Shown one piece after another: positions 1-12,528 of a stretch of 64,000 nt of DNA. Source of the DNA: Botryllus schlosseri. Lineage: Eukaryota. The translations under genes were made by a program, and so were the position numbers. The DNA lies in the NCBI GenBank assembly GCA_051294905.1, contig CM119372.1, positions 34,970,001 through 35,034,000 of the forward strand. The letters run 5' to 3'. The notes below the pieces were generated by a model that had not been told where the DNA came from, searched no databases, and saw only the letters and a list, made by a program, of their open reading frames with translations. How positions within the stretch are numbered: position 1 is the stretch's first letter; each line of letters starts with the position of its first letter.

Positions 1-212
1 TTGTCAATATTAAAATACAAGTCGTCAGACCCTTTTGTTTAAACTATCATTTTGTAAACTGGTCATGCTAATCAATGCATTTGTCAATATTAAAATAAAA
101 GTCGTCAGTCCTTTTGTTTAAAGTATCATTTTGTAAACTGGTCATGCTAATCAACGCATTTGTCAATATTAAAATACTAGTCATTAGATCCTTTTGTTTT
201 AAGTATCATTTC
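1..212 (+). repeat. ~80-bp tandem repeat in left arm of element A
   Basis: TTGTCAATATTAAAATA recurs at 1, 81 and 160; a mirror array lies at ~15563-15810. Confidence 0.9.
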
Positions 213-835
213 AAATTGTAGAAATAGATTTGTTGTTGTCTATGTCATTCATACAAAATTACATTTCTGCGAGACCGAGGCAAAGTATTTTTTATCTGAA
301 TAACGCAATTCATTCATATTCGACTTGTGGTCTTAAATCACATTCGACAATTCATCACGAATGCGTTGCAACGAAGTTACGAAAAAGTCGCACAGCAAAA
401 TTTTCGAAAACTGTGTTATTACTATTTCCATTTGTGAATCTACCTAACACAATCGTGTATCGATGTTTCCAAGTACACCGCAGCGTAATAAACTCGCTAG
501 AGTTGTCAATGTAAAATTACGTATGTGTTCAAATTTCGTAAGGAAATATTCTTGATTAGGAATAATTCTATTACTCACCTCTGTCTGTATTACAGAATGC
601 GATAATGTGCTTACCAGCTAAGATTTTACAAATCGGTCAGTTGTAATCGCCATGGTCAAATGTAAAGCAACAATATCGTTAATGTTGAATTTACAGACCA
701 ACGCGAAATATATTTTAATAATTTTCGTTGGCAAGTCGTTATTGATACATTTAACAATCGGTTCAATATTTTATTATTAGAATGTGTGGTGAGAATTGAA
801 ACACTTACGTGCATTTCCGGGTTTCAAGATATCAC

Positions 836-1350
836 CAGGGCTGGGCAAAATCGAATACCTGAGTGATTCGAGTCTGAATCACGTAATATGCTTCGAGTCG
901 AGTCGAGTAATCGAGTATCACCAATTATGACGTCATAACAGAATGTATTACGTCAAAGTTCAAATATGCACCGTTTTTGCCAATACAAAGAATATAATGC
1001 AGTTTATCCATCTCGTAAAAGATACTTTGGTATTTAATCGACCATACCAATTTCATTCTACTTGGTGGAAATGTTGTGGGATTATCATGACTTCGTAAAT
1101 GCGCTACGTCCAGAAACCTTCGTAGGTTTGTACTATGTTTTGTAAGTTACAATACCGCCAATCAAGGTTTCAAGGCTTCAACAGTGAAAATTATAATCGA
1201 AACTAGAATTCTCGTTGATAAATTAACTTTCAGTGGCGAGGAGCGTATAATTTCATTACTCGAAAAAATCGTCTTTTACTACTCGACTCGAATCATTCAA
1301 ATTAATACTCGATTCAGATTCGAGTACTCGAATCATTGTGCCCAGCCCTA
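836..1350. mobile_element. hAT-type MITE
   Basis: TIRs CAGGGCTGGGCA / TGCCCAGCCCTA; 8-bp TSD GATATCAC (828-835, 1351-1358); empty site in the opposite arm (GTGATATC at 14941-14948); subterminal TCGAGT/ACTCGA motifs. Confidence 0.92.
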
Positions 1351-4300
1351 GATATCACACTATGCGAATTGACATACCGCCGCTTGATTATAGCTTAATC
1401 CGTTCGCACCATTTCAGAAACACTTTGATCATCGCAAAATAAATTTCGAAAATGTTTGTTACCGTTATCTTAGTTGGATAGACTTGAGTTATTTGTAGAA
1501 CACGTACTATCAAAGAAATCAGAAACACAACCTACGTAGAAATATGGTAAATGTGTTTGTTCATTAGTACTATTGATATAACTTTCTCCATTTCCATTTT
1601 GGTAAAGTAATTTTCACCACAACACTTAATCACTAAAAGATCTTACTTGTATGTGGTTGAATTGTAGACAACATCAGTCCTGACTTAGCAGTACAAGACC
1701 CCGGAAGTATCACTGAGCTGTCAACATAGCGCACATATTTGAATATATCACTTAGTAGATTAAAGCTAAAGCATCGATAGTAACAACCGACGTGATTATT
1801 ACTATTATTTATTTCGTAATCATTTCAAAAAAATTACACACACTGTATAATACATTGGTTGTTGTTTCGTGACATGAGAATAATCGGACCTCAACAAACT
1901 CAAGGTGTATTTTAGTCACTCGTCGCATTATGGGCATTTTCCAACATCGGCTCCGTCGTATGGATAGTTTTTCTAGATACAAATTATATTAGTGTCGCAG
2001 AAAACAATTTGGTGTAACAGAAAATAATTTTCACACGCTTGAAATATGAAACGATTGCGTCAGTCTTCATTCAATATTTTATTTGTGACATATATTTTGA
2101 AAATTGCCCCATTCGAATGTTGATCGAGGTTTATCACATCAAGCTTTCGTCGGTGAATTAAGATTACATCAAACCTACGAATCTGTAACTGTGTCGTTCA
2201 ACTAACTGAGCTGTAATCACAATTCGCTACCGTTTTCGTTTAGTGATTGGTGAACATACCATACGACAAACAGTCAATTCCGAAGTATTGCGTTGTTCCT
2301 AATTTCTATCGTCAATAGAAGTACATTTGTTTCGAATTTGTAACAATCACCTTTTTTACGATACGAAGAATTTTGAAAAATCTATGTTTAGAAGAATCGT
2401 TCATTTCGGGGTGGTTAAACATTCAACTGTGGCGGATACTAATTGTCACACTCAACTGTTTTTATACCAAATAGTTATTTAGGTCACAGCATCCATGGTA
2501 CAGAAAAATGTATGTCTCTCTAAGTAATTGAGAATACTCTTTAACAAAATACTACAAAACCGTCTCTAGATTGGTTATAGAGCTATACTCTGCAGACCCT
2601 TTCTTCATTCGCGATTAACAACTATCTTGTTCATATAAATAATATGTTCACTGTCCCGATAAAATCAAATAAACACTCTGTATAAGACACACAAATCCTG
2701 TCTGACAAATCCTGACAATAATACTTCATGCTAACGACAAGTATCTCGCGCAACCTGATGAGTTGGAAACACCTTATACCAATTAAAGACCCCATGATTT
2801 TACAAAATTCAGTTTTCGTGATGTAAAAAATTTCCATGAGGAATATTTTAAAGCATGATTTTAGTGTGGCTAAATTAATACCGACAACCATGATATGCTC
2901 TCCTCATGAAAATGTGGTGTTTCAGGTTCAGCGCGACGTGTAACATTCGTGAAAATATCGTCCTGAAATTTCCATTTCGCACTCACATCGGTATTGAAAC
3001 ATTTTTTGACAAAACAAATGTTTTCTACCACGTTATCGCGGCGTGTTTCGTAACACAAAACCATAGTCACTGGTTGACGGATCTGTCAATGTAATCGCAA
3101 TCATCTTGTTTCCCCTAGATAACAGTAGATATGTATTCGACCCATGCCTCACAAATCTGACACACAGAAAAGGCTACTTTATTAAAGAAAAGTGGATGGT
3201 TATCGAATGATTGTACTCACATCAATACAACCAGAAGACAGTTGCTTTTGAAAAATAGATATTCGGTGTCCTTTACGCACTCGCGCTTAATCGTATAGTA
3301 TGTTGTATTAATCGAGCTGTTGAATAACGTGAAAGTGTTTCTTGAGCGTCAAAGTCTCTTAAAACATACATTAAAGCGTCACAGTCACAACCTAATTGAG
3401 AATACGCGTCTATTTTCTGTGTTTTATCACAAGCTATCACGATATTGACTATTAGATTTTCTTCACCAACCTCGAAGCATATGTGAAATCTATCATTTTC
3501 ATCGAACACACAACTCAACAAGAGTATTTACTAGTTGCAACCAATATTCTGATTTTGTTGTACATATAGTTAATAATTATTATATTATTGATAATATTAT
3601 AAAATAAATATCATCGAGATCTGTTTGTGATTTTAGTGTGTATTGCGTACCCAGGAGCCCCATAATAAAATTAAACCGAATTGACATAATGCATAAAGAG
3701 TTGAAAGGTTTCGATTCGATTTACGTGTGATATTCGGTGGGGTTTCAAAAAACGAGTCATGCAACGACATTTCCGAAAAAGTCCATCTCTTTTGCGTTGC
3801 TCGAGACCGAACATGTAATATACACATTGGCATTTGGATAACGATCTTGTTTCATCATATGTGTGATATGTTCAGTGTTCGCGCCCTCGCGATGATGCAA
3901 ATTAATACTGTGTATGAGACGTGCAAATCTTTCTCACTCCTGATAGTGCACTAACGGCAACCATAGTCGGTGTGAAGCGACAGCGTTGAGCAAGTCCCAT
4001 GATTGTGCTAACCTTCTGTAGAGTCACATATTGCATTTCCATAAGTATATTTCAAAATACGATTTTCGTTTGGCGATCATAATCTTGTAACCATAAACAA
4101 CGGACAATTCGGTATTTTCGCATTGATTGCTGTCAGTTTCAGATTAATTATCCAACGAACAGTCACAAACAATATACACCAAATCGATTTCAGTATATTT
4201 GTGTAACCGCGTAGGCTATTTACTTGTTCTAGGGATCATCGCATCAGAATTATCGGCTACCAGCATGCAATAACAATGTGATGTTGTACACCGACATAAT

Positions 4301-5860
4301 ATTTTAGAAATATGGCGAATAATACAGGTTTCGATACGTTAATTATGTACTTGTTCGGATTTGTGCTTTGAATTTATTTCCCAGCATCAATATGTCTGAA
4401 GTAACAATTTTGTTATCTGGTTGATACTTGGGTAACGGTAACGATCTTCGAAAATGGATGAATTCATGCTCACCATCGTGCTAGCAATTCGGGTTGTATG
4501 CTTGTGAGTTTTCTGGGTAGCACTATGCAGATTATAGGTACAAGTAAATGATGTTTTATTCGCTATTGTTCAACGCATATCGATCAAATCATTCAAAATC
4601 GGATAACCAATATGAGAAAGTTTGTAAATATATTCACTCTGAATCGATAAACCAGAACTAATGATCAATATTCAAAATAAACATGTTCATTCATAACCCG
4701 TGTTTGCTTCCATGAAAAATACCAATGCATATACCTTCAAACATATCAATTTCTTCACGTTTTTTTAGAAGTATTTGTGTAAATGAGGCGTATGACATTA
4801 CATGCAATGTGTCGTTGTACAAATATTGAGAAATAATGCAGGTTTTGATCCATAGGTAACATTATCATAGCCGTTAATTTTGATACCAGTGATTTGGTAC
4901 ACCTTATTACACTACATATTAGTTTTGACGATCTTCAATCTTGCAACGAGAGATCAATAAAATCGACTTTGTTCAACGGAAGAGTTGGAGATCCAACGCG
5001 CAAACACTCGTGTATTCGTCTTTCTACAAGGTTAATCGATCAACTATACCGTTGATGCTATCGATACAATGAACAGCACAAAAGCGATATATTCAAAGTT
5101 AAATATTGGAACCAGGAACAACAATGTACCCCGATTTACGTTGAATATTCACAACACCGATGAATCGATGAAGACTGTTGTTAACCCCCGTAAGAGAGCG
5201 CTGTCTCCTAATTTCACACATTAATATGTGTTGTCAAAAGTCTTGGTCTAGCTGACCAGGCCACATTCCGAAACAGAACATCACCACCACATATCTATTG
5301 ATCGACGTTGATTTCAGTTGATTGTATCTACAGAGATCATGGCAATACGTATTTGCGTTTATAGATTTCTCTTGCCTCACACGATAGCGCTGAAACACAG
5401 GCATGATGTCCCGGTGCAGATCCTCAAATCGAGAAAGTATACCTTGGTGTTATTTGATTTGGATTTCACGCCCGATGAGCCTACCATTCGAGCTGTGCAT
5501 TGGGATGGCAATTCTATCGTCGAAGTCAACGGTAGAGAGATGTATCGATTCATCGGTGTTGTGAATATTCAACGAAAATCGGCCTACATTGTTGTTCATG
5601 GTTCCCATGTTTAACTTTGAATATATCGCTTTTGTGCTGTTCATTGTATCAATAGCATCAACGGTATAGTTGAACGAATAACCATGTAGTAAGACGAATA
5701 CACGAGTGCTTGCGCGTTGGATCGCCAACTCTTCCGTTGAACAAAGTCGATTTTATAGATCTCTCGTTGCAAGATTGGAGATCGTCAAAATTAATTTGTA
5801 ATATAATAAGGTGTACGAAATCACTGGTATCAAAATTAACGGCTATGATAATGTTACCTA

Positions 5861-6036
5861 TGTTACGTGGGTTATTGTATGTATTATGATGATGCTTCCC
5901 TGTAAAGTAGCAAGGTATGACGTCATGCCTTACCCAACTGTGCATGACCGCATCACTCGTGCTTGACCGCTTTATCATATATATCATCTCTGGTTGATGG
6001 CACATGGAAGCCATAATAAATGTACAGCAAGAAACA
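5861..6036 (+). repeat. 5' LTR
   Basis: Identical to 11465-11640; contains AATAAA near its 3' end. Confidence 0.97.
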
Positions 6037-6048
6037 TGGTGTCAGAAG
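6037..6048 (+). promoter_or_regulatory. Primer-binding site (tRNA-Leu type)
   Basis: TGGTGTCAGAAG immediately after the 5' LTR, complementary to a tRNA-Leu 3' end (...CTTCTGACACCA). Confidence 0.8.
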
Positions 6049-9000
6049 ATAACTGAACTCGCGAGCTCTAAATCTGTCATTAGCTCGGCATAAAGATTTA
6101 TCATCTTATCTAACTATATGGATCTCAGATATGTGATACCCCATCCGGGTCCTTTAACTGTCTCTGGTGATTTGGCCACCAACTGGAAGAACTGGAAGCG
6201 CCATTATGAGAATTATGAAGTGGCTACAAAACTCAATAAAGAGGAACATTCCATTCGTATTGCGGCTCTCAGAGCGGCTCTTGGAGTAGCTGGGTGTGAT
6301 GTCTATGATGGCATTACTTTATCAGAAGATGACGCCAAGAGTTACCCAGTCGTATTGAAGAAAATGGAGGAGCGCTGTGTTGGGAAGATCAACATTATAT
6401 ACGAGAGGTACTGTTTTTTCAGTCGTAGTCAAGCTTCAAATGAATCATTCAACACATACTACGAACAGCTGCGAAGGCTGATAAAAACCTGTGATTTTAA
6501 AACCTTGGAGGATGAGCTTCTCAGAGACAAAATTGTGTGTGGCATATCCGATGTTGTGCTGAGAAGAAAACTCCTACAAGAGACAGGACTTACATTGGAC
6601 TCCTGTATTTCGAGCTGCAGATTGTTTGAGTCAACTGCTCTGCAAATGGAAAAAATGACTCTAACGTCAGATGACGTTGCAATTCATGCGATACAAAATA
6701 AGTACAAGCAAAGGAAATGGCCTCCTGCTGAAAGGGGCTCTAAAATGAATCGAGGATATGATGGTAGTACACCTCAATCGGAAGAGCTCCCCAAAATCTG
6801 CAAGTTTTGTAGAAAGGTGCATGTTTTTGGTCGGCGATATTGCCCGGCTAACGGCAAAACTTGTTCACGCTGTAACGGAAAAGACCATTTTGCCGTGGCA
6901 TGTCAGGCAACTGTGATGATGATATCAGCTGATCGCATTGAGTCGGATGAAGAAGAGGATGACGAAGTTCTTTCGTTTGAACATGTGAGTGCTACGGAGG
7001 AATCCTATGTTAAGAAAATATTTGCTCTGTTATACCTGGTTAACATGTATGTAAAATTCCAAATTGATTGTGGCGCAACCGTAAATGTTCTTTCATGGCG
7101 AGATTACTTGAATGTAGCTGGTGACACAAAAATGCTCAACTTGAAACCTACTTCTATGAGACTGGTTGTATATAATAAGGAAGTGATAAGGCCTCTCGGA
7201 ATAACAACGTTGGAAATCACCAATAAAAAGAATGGTGAAAACTACTTGCTAGAATTTGTAGTGGTTGAGAAGCCGAACACTTCCATCATTGGTTCCGCCG
7301 ATGCTCAAAGGATGAAACTAATTACGATCAATTTTGAAAACATAATGATCGAGGAACCTTCAGTACAAGCTCTTACTGCGAAGGATCCTGAATTCGCCAA
7401 TTTTGCTACACTGGAGTTTGATCAAATATGTGAACAATTTTCGGATGTTTTCAATGGTACGGGAAGGCTAGAGGGTAAACTTCATCTGGAAATTGATGAC
7501 AGCACTATCAATCCTGTACAGATGCCTGTTCGCAAAATACCCCTGGCACTTGAAGCACAAGTGAAGGAGAAAATTGATAGTTTGGTTGATGCTGACATAA
7601 TAGCTCCCGTGGATTGCCATACTCCCTGGATATCTAATCTGGTCACTGTAAAAAAGCAATCTGGAGATATCCGCTTGTGCCTGGATCCCCTGGCGCTGAA
7701 CAAAGCTCTAAAACGCAACAATTATCCAATGCCGACAGTTGATGATGTGTTACCATATATGCACAATGCCAAAGTATTTACACTGTGTGATGTAAAAAAT
7801 GGATTTTGGCATGTAGAACTTGATGATACTAGTAGTTATCTAACTACATTCGGTACTCCATATGGTCGGCACAGATGGCTCCGACTGCCTTTCGGAATCA
7901 GCCCAGCACCGGAGGAGTTCATGAGAAGACTGAAGATAGCGCTGGACGGCCTGGAAGGAATCACGCCCGTCGCGGATGACATCTTGATTTATGGTGTGGG
8001 CGATACTGTTGAAGAGGCGACTATGGACAATAAGAAAAAGTTCTTTGAACTGTTGAAACGCTGTCAACAAACTGGTATTAAACTGAATAAAGCGAAACTA
8101 CGCTATCTGCAGACTGAAGTGCCCTACTTAGGCCATACCATCTCAAAAGATGGTCTAAAACCCTCATCGAGCAAAATTGAAGGCATCATAAAAATGCCCC
8201 CTCCAACGGATAAGCAGGGCGTCCAGAGAATTTAGCGATGACAAATTTTCTGCAGCGTTTTGCCCCTAAGCTTTCAGATATAACCGCTCCCATCCGCGAA
8301 CTCCTAAAAAAAGACAACGCGTTCATATGGGATCCAATCCTACATGGGACATGCTTTGAGAAAATAAAACAAACCTTGATCAACGCGCCAGTTTTACAAT
8401 ACTTCGACAAAAACGCACCTATGGTACTGCAATGTGATGCCAGTTCAAAGGGGCTAGGATGCTGTGTATTGCAAAACTCTCACCCTGTTGCCTATGCTTC
8501 ACGGGCGTTGACAACAACGGAGTGCAACTATGCACAAATCGAAAAAGAATTGCTTGCTATTCTCTTTGCCATGGAAAAATTTGAGTTATATGTCTATGGC
8601 AGATTTGTAACAGTAGAAAGCGATCACAAACCTCTGGAAGTGATCACAAAGAAAAGTCTGGTTAATGCACCAAAACGGTTACAGCGCATGTTACTTCAGC
8701 TCCAAAAGTATGACTTCGAGGTAATATACAAGCCTGGATCACAATTATTTGTGGCGGATACGTTGAGTCGTGCGTACATTCCGAAGTCACCCAAAGACGC
8801 AGAAACTGCTGATGTGTTTGATATCTTTCAACAGATTGCACATATCGACATGTTGAATGATATACCGGTATCAAGCTCCACGCTCGGCATGGTCAGCCAA
8901 GCAACAATCTCTGATTCTGTCATGAACACGTTAATCTCTTTTATAAAACATGGGTGGCCGAATGAAGCCAAGCTGGTACCCCAATCAATTCGAAATTTCT

Positions 9001-9470
9001 ACTGTTTTAAAGAGGAGTTGACATTTCAGGATCAAATCGTTCTGAAGGGTGATCGTATTGTCATACCGTCGTCCATAAAAGGCACTATTCTCAAGCGACT
9101 TCATGCCAGTCATGTTGGAATTCAAGGTTGTGTACGCCGGGCTTGTGAATGTTTGTATTGGCCCAACATGGTTAACGATATTACGGACTTCGTATCAAGC
9201 TGTTCCACATGTGGCTTACACCAACCCAACCAACAGAAGGAAAGTCTGATTTCACATCCGGTACCAGGACGTCCTTGGCAAATAATCAGTAGCGATTTAT
9301 GTGAATCTGACGGACAACATTATTTGATTACAGTTGATCACTACTCGGATTATTTTGAGGTAGATCGACTAACCTCACAGACTTCTACAGCAGTTATTCG
9401 CCGCTTAAAATCACATATGGCACGTCATGGAATCTGCGAGAAATTGATTACTGACAATGGTCCATGCTAT

Positions 9471-10708
9471 CAGGGCTTTGGAGCCGGAGCCGGAGCCCGG
9501 AGCCGGAGCCCCGGAGCCGTGCATTTTTACCGGAGCTGGAGCCGGAGCTCTACATTATATTTAGCTGGAGCCGGAGCCGGAGCTGGAGCCCGTTATTTGA
9601 GGAGTAGCTCCGGCTCCGACCTATTTCATAAGATGCTATTATATATGCAACAACCACATCTGCTGATTTATCATAATTGAACACCAGGCCTGAATTTTAA
9701 TGCTGTGCACAGCAATGGCATGGAGTAAATTGCGTTCTAGTGCAACTATGATGTTGTCGACAATTGACAAGTATTCAGTATGAAGTCACAAGCCGGCACG
9801 GCGGCACCTATATGTCTTTGTTGCTACATCGGATGTTACTGACGGCTGACGGACTCTAGATTACTATTGATAACTAACTTATTAGTAGATTAGCAATCTA
9901 TATAGACCAGGAATGGTCAACCTTTTCGGCTAAAGGGGCACATGCAATTGACGGACGAGTGCGCGGCCCACGAGCCACGCCAAGCGGGTAAAATTTTCTA
10001 AGTTTATAAATTAACTAGGTGAGTATTGCGGGTCTATTGTATACCACCCGCTAGGCTCAGTTTGCAAGGACACGACTATTCGGCGTCTGGACACATCGAT
10101 ATCGAAGGTCTCCGATAACTTGCGACAATCATTTTGTGCTTACATTTCACCGTCGACGATTTTATGCGAGCGCAAACGCGAAAAGACTTTCTTCCTTAAT
10201 TGCGAATACAGTTAGACTCAATCGGGTAAATTAGGCGTTTTTTTCATTTTCAGCAGGGGGTAGGCTATACCAAGCAAGAAATCGTGTGACAATTAAACAC
10301 GCGAAGCGTGAAGAAAAATTTCGCTAATATTTTAGTTTATTGTAATGTACGACGATTTACTGAAAATGTGACTGGACCCTGGATCTGCCAATGCGTCGGA
10401 ACTGATATTTTAGTCATCAACATCTCAAGTGTCGCAGCCAGAATTGTAATTTTTGGTTGGCATTGCAAGTTCACAATCTGAGCAATTCATTTTCGAGAAT
10501 ATAATAGGACATTACATCGCGGGCCACGCAAAACCCTCTCGCGGGCCACATTTGCGGGCCAACCCTGATATAGACAGGACCATTCGATAATTTCAGAGCC
10601 GGAGCCGGAACTGGAGCCGGAGCAGTGATTATAATGCGGCTCCGGAGCTGGAGCCGGAGCTAATGTATGATAGAAGAGAGCTCCGGAGCCGGCTGCTCCA
10701 AAGCCCTG
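9471..10708. mobile_element. hAT-type MITE with GGAGCC subterminal repeats, inserted in the integrase
   Basis: TIRs CAGGGCTTTGGAGC / GCTCCAAAGCCCTG; TSD CATGCTAT (9463-9470, 10709-10716). Confidence 0.95.
9908..10568. mobile_element. hAT-Charlie-like MITE nested in 9471-10708
   Basis: CAGG...CCTG ends with degenerate TIRs; GCGGGCC subterminal motifs; TSD ATATAGAC (9900-9907, 10569-10576). Confidence 0.88.
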
Positions 10709-11453
10709 CATGCTATGCTGCTCATGACTTCGAGGCATTTGCAAAGGAATATGAGTTTGAACATGTGACCAGCTCTCCAGGACACAGCCAATCGAACGGA
10801 AAGGCGGAATCAGCTGTCAAAATCTTCAAATCGTTACTTCGTAAAGCGACAACTGACAAAAAAGACATAAATATTGTACTGTTGGATTGGAGGAACACTC
10901 CAGGCGAGACTGTTCCTGGCTCTCCAGCACAGAGGCTATTTGGAAGACGCACCAAGACCTTGTTACCAATAGCAACTAAACTGCTTGAGCCGAAAATTGT
11001 TTCTGATGTCATTCCATCGCTTATGGATCGGAAAAGAAAACAGGCAAAGTATTACAATCGTGGTGTAAAAGACCTCGCCCTGTTGAGTCCTGGTCAACAG
11101 GTTCGATTCAAAAGGACAGAAAATGGCTTGTGGCTCGAAGCGGTGGTGATTAAGCAACTGAATGATCGATCGTACATTGTTAAGGCGACAGATGGAACGA
11201 TCTACCGACGCAACAGAAAGTTTATTCGAACTACTGTAACTCGCCCGCATGTTGCATTTGACTTCGACGACATTTCGATTGCCAGACCAGCAGTAGTGAA
11301 CAGCGACACTAATGGGTCGTTATCTGGTTCCAGTAGCAGCAGACCAAGCCGTACAGTAATTCGACCAGCATACTGGCAAGACTATGTTACAACTTGATTC
11401 GTAATTTATATCGTTAATCGGTTCGCTTCGTTTTCTATTATTTTGTGATGTTT

Positions 11454-11464
11454 TGAGAAGGGGA
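11454..11464 (+). promoter_or_regulatory. Polypurine tract
   Basis: GAGAAGGGGA directly before the 3' LTR. Confidence 0.85.
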
Positions 11465-11640
11465 TGTTACGTGGGTTATTGTATGTATTATGATGATGCT
11501 TCCCTGTAAAGTAGCAAGGTATGACGTCATGCCTTACCCAACTGTGCATGACCGCATCACTCGTGCTTGACCGCTTTATCATATATATCATCTCTGGTTG
11601 ATGGCACATGGAAGCCATAATAAATGTACAGCAAGAAACA
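11465..11640 (+). repeat. 3' LTR
   Basis: Identical to 5861-6036. Confidence 0.97.
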
Positions 11641-11990
11641 ACCTATGGATCAAAACCTGCATTATTTCTCAATATTTGTACAACGACACATTGCATGTAA
11701 TGTCATACGCCTCATTTACACAAATACTTGGTATGGCTAAGAAAACGTGAGTAAATTGATATGTTTGAAGGTATATGCATTGGTATTTTTCATGGAAGCA
11801 AACACGGGTTATGAATGAACATGTTTATTTTGAATATTGATCTTTAGTTCTGGTTTATCGATTCAGAGTGAATATATTTACAAACTTTCTCATATTGGTT
11901 ATCCGATTTTGAATGATTGTGATCGATATGCGTTGAACAATAGTGAATAACACATCATATACTTGATACCTATAATCTGTATAGTGCTAC

Positions 11991-12528
11991 CATAGTGTCC
12001 TATATGGTGTCGACACAGGCAAATCTCACGCCTCAGTGAAATTGTATCACGTCACAATTTCCATTTGCCTACAGGCAATTTGACAGTCATTTTTGACCGA
12101 CTTGCCGAGCATTAAATTTGGTGGAACGGGTATCAATCGAAAGCTGACTCTCCACTGATTACGAAAATATAAGTTTTATTCCGCTCGTGTCCCTGGAACT
12201 CCCACAATCAGCCTCGAATTTTTCATTGTTATGGAGATTGGCATTGACACGCAACAATGCTGTCTGGCGAAATGAGAGAGTAGCTCAGGACGTAACAATG
12301 CTGTCTGGCGAAACGAGAGAGAAAAAGAGCCAGACACCATTGTTGATTATATTTTCGTAATCAGTGGAGAGTCAGCTTTCGATTGATACCCGTTTTACCA
12401 AATTTAATGCTCGGCAAGCCGGTCAAAAATGACCGTCAAATTGCCTGTAGCCGAATGGAAATTGTGACGTGATACAGTTTCACTGAGGCGTGAGATTTGC
12501 CTGTGTCGACACCATATAGGACACTATG
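11991..12528. mobile_element. Foldback MITE, probably P superfamily
   Basis: ~180-bp TIRs starting CATAGTGTCCTATATGGTG; 7-bp TSD GTGCTAC (11984-11990, 12529-12535); empty site GTAGCAC at 4517-4523 in the other arm. Confidence 0.9.

Larger units (their letters stand above)
6118..11397 (+). pseudogene. gag-pol polyprotein, disrupted by a 1-nt frameshift (~8230) and a MITE insertion (9471-10708)
   Basis: Zinc knuckles CKFC..H..C and CSRC..H..C; protease IDCGA; RT VADDILIYG; RNase H CDAS/ELLAI/DHKPL/ADTLSR; integrase HHCC, TDNGPCY and SNGKAES. The frame is restored when the MITE and one TSD copy are removed. Confidence 0.95.
5861..11640 (+). mobile_element. Full-length Ty3/gypsy LTR retrotransposon (Mag-like)
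   Basis: Identical 176-bp TGT...ACA LTRs; 5-bp TSD ACCTA (5856-5860, 11641-11645); PBS and PPT present; gag-PR-RT-RH-IN domain order. Confidence 0.97.

Noticed and set aside
9471..9680. GAGAGA-rich C-terminus of ORF 8238-9680 as a real protein domain
   Set aside because: It is read-through into the GGAGCC repeats of the inserted MITE.
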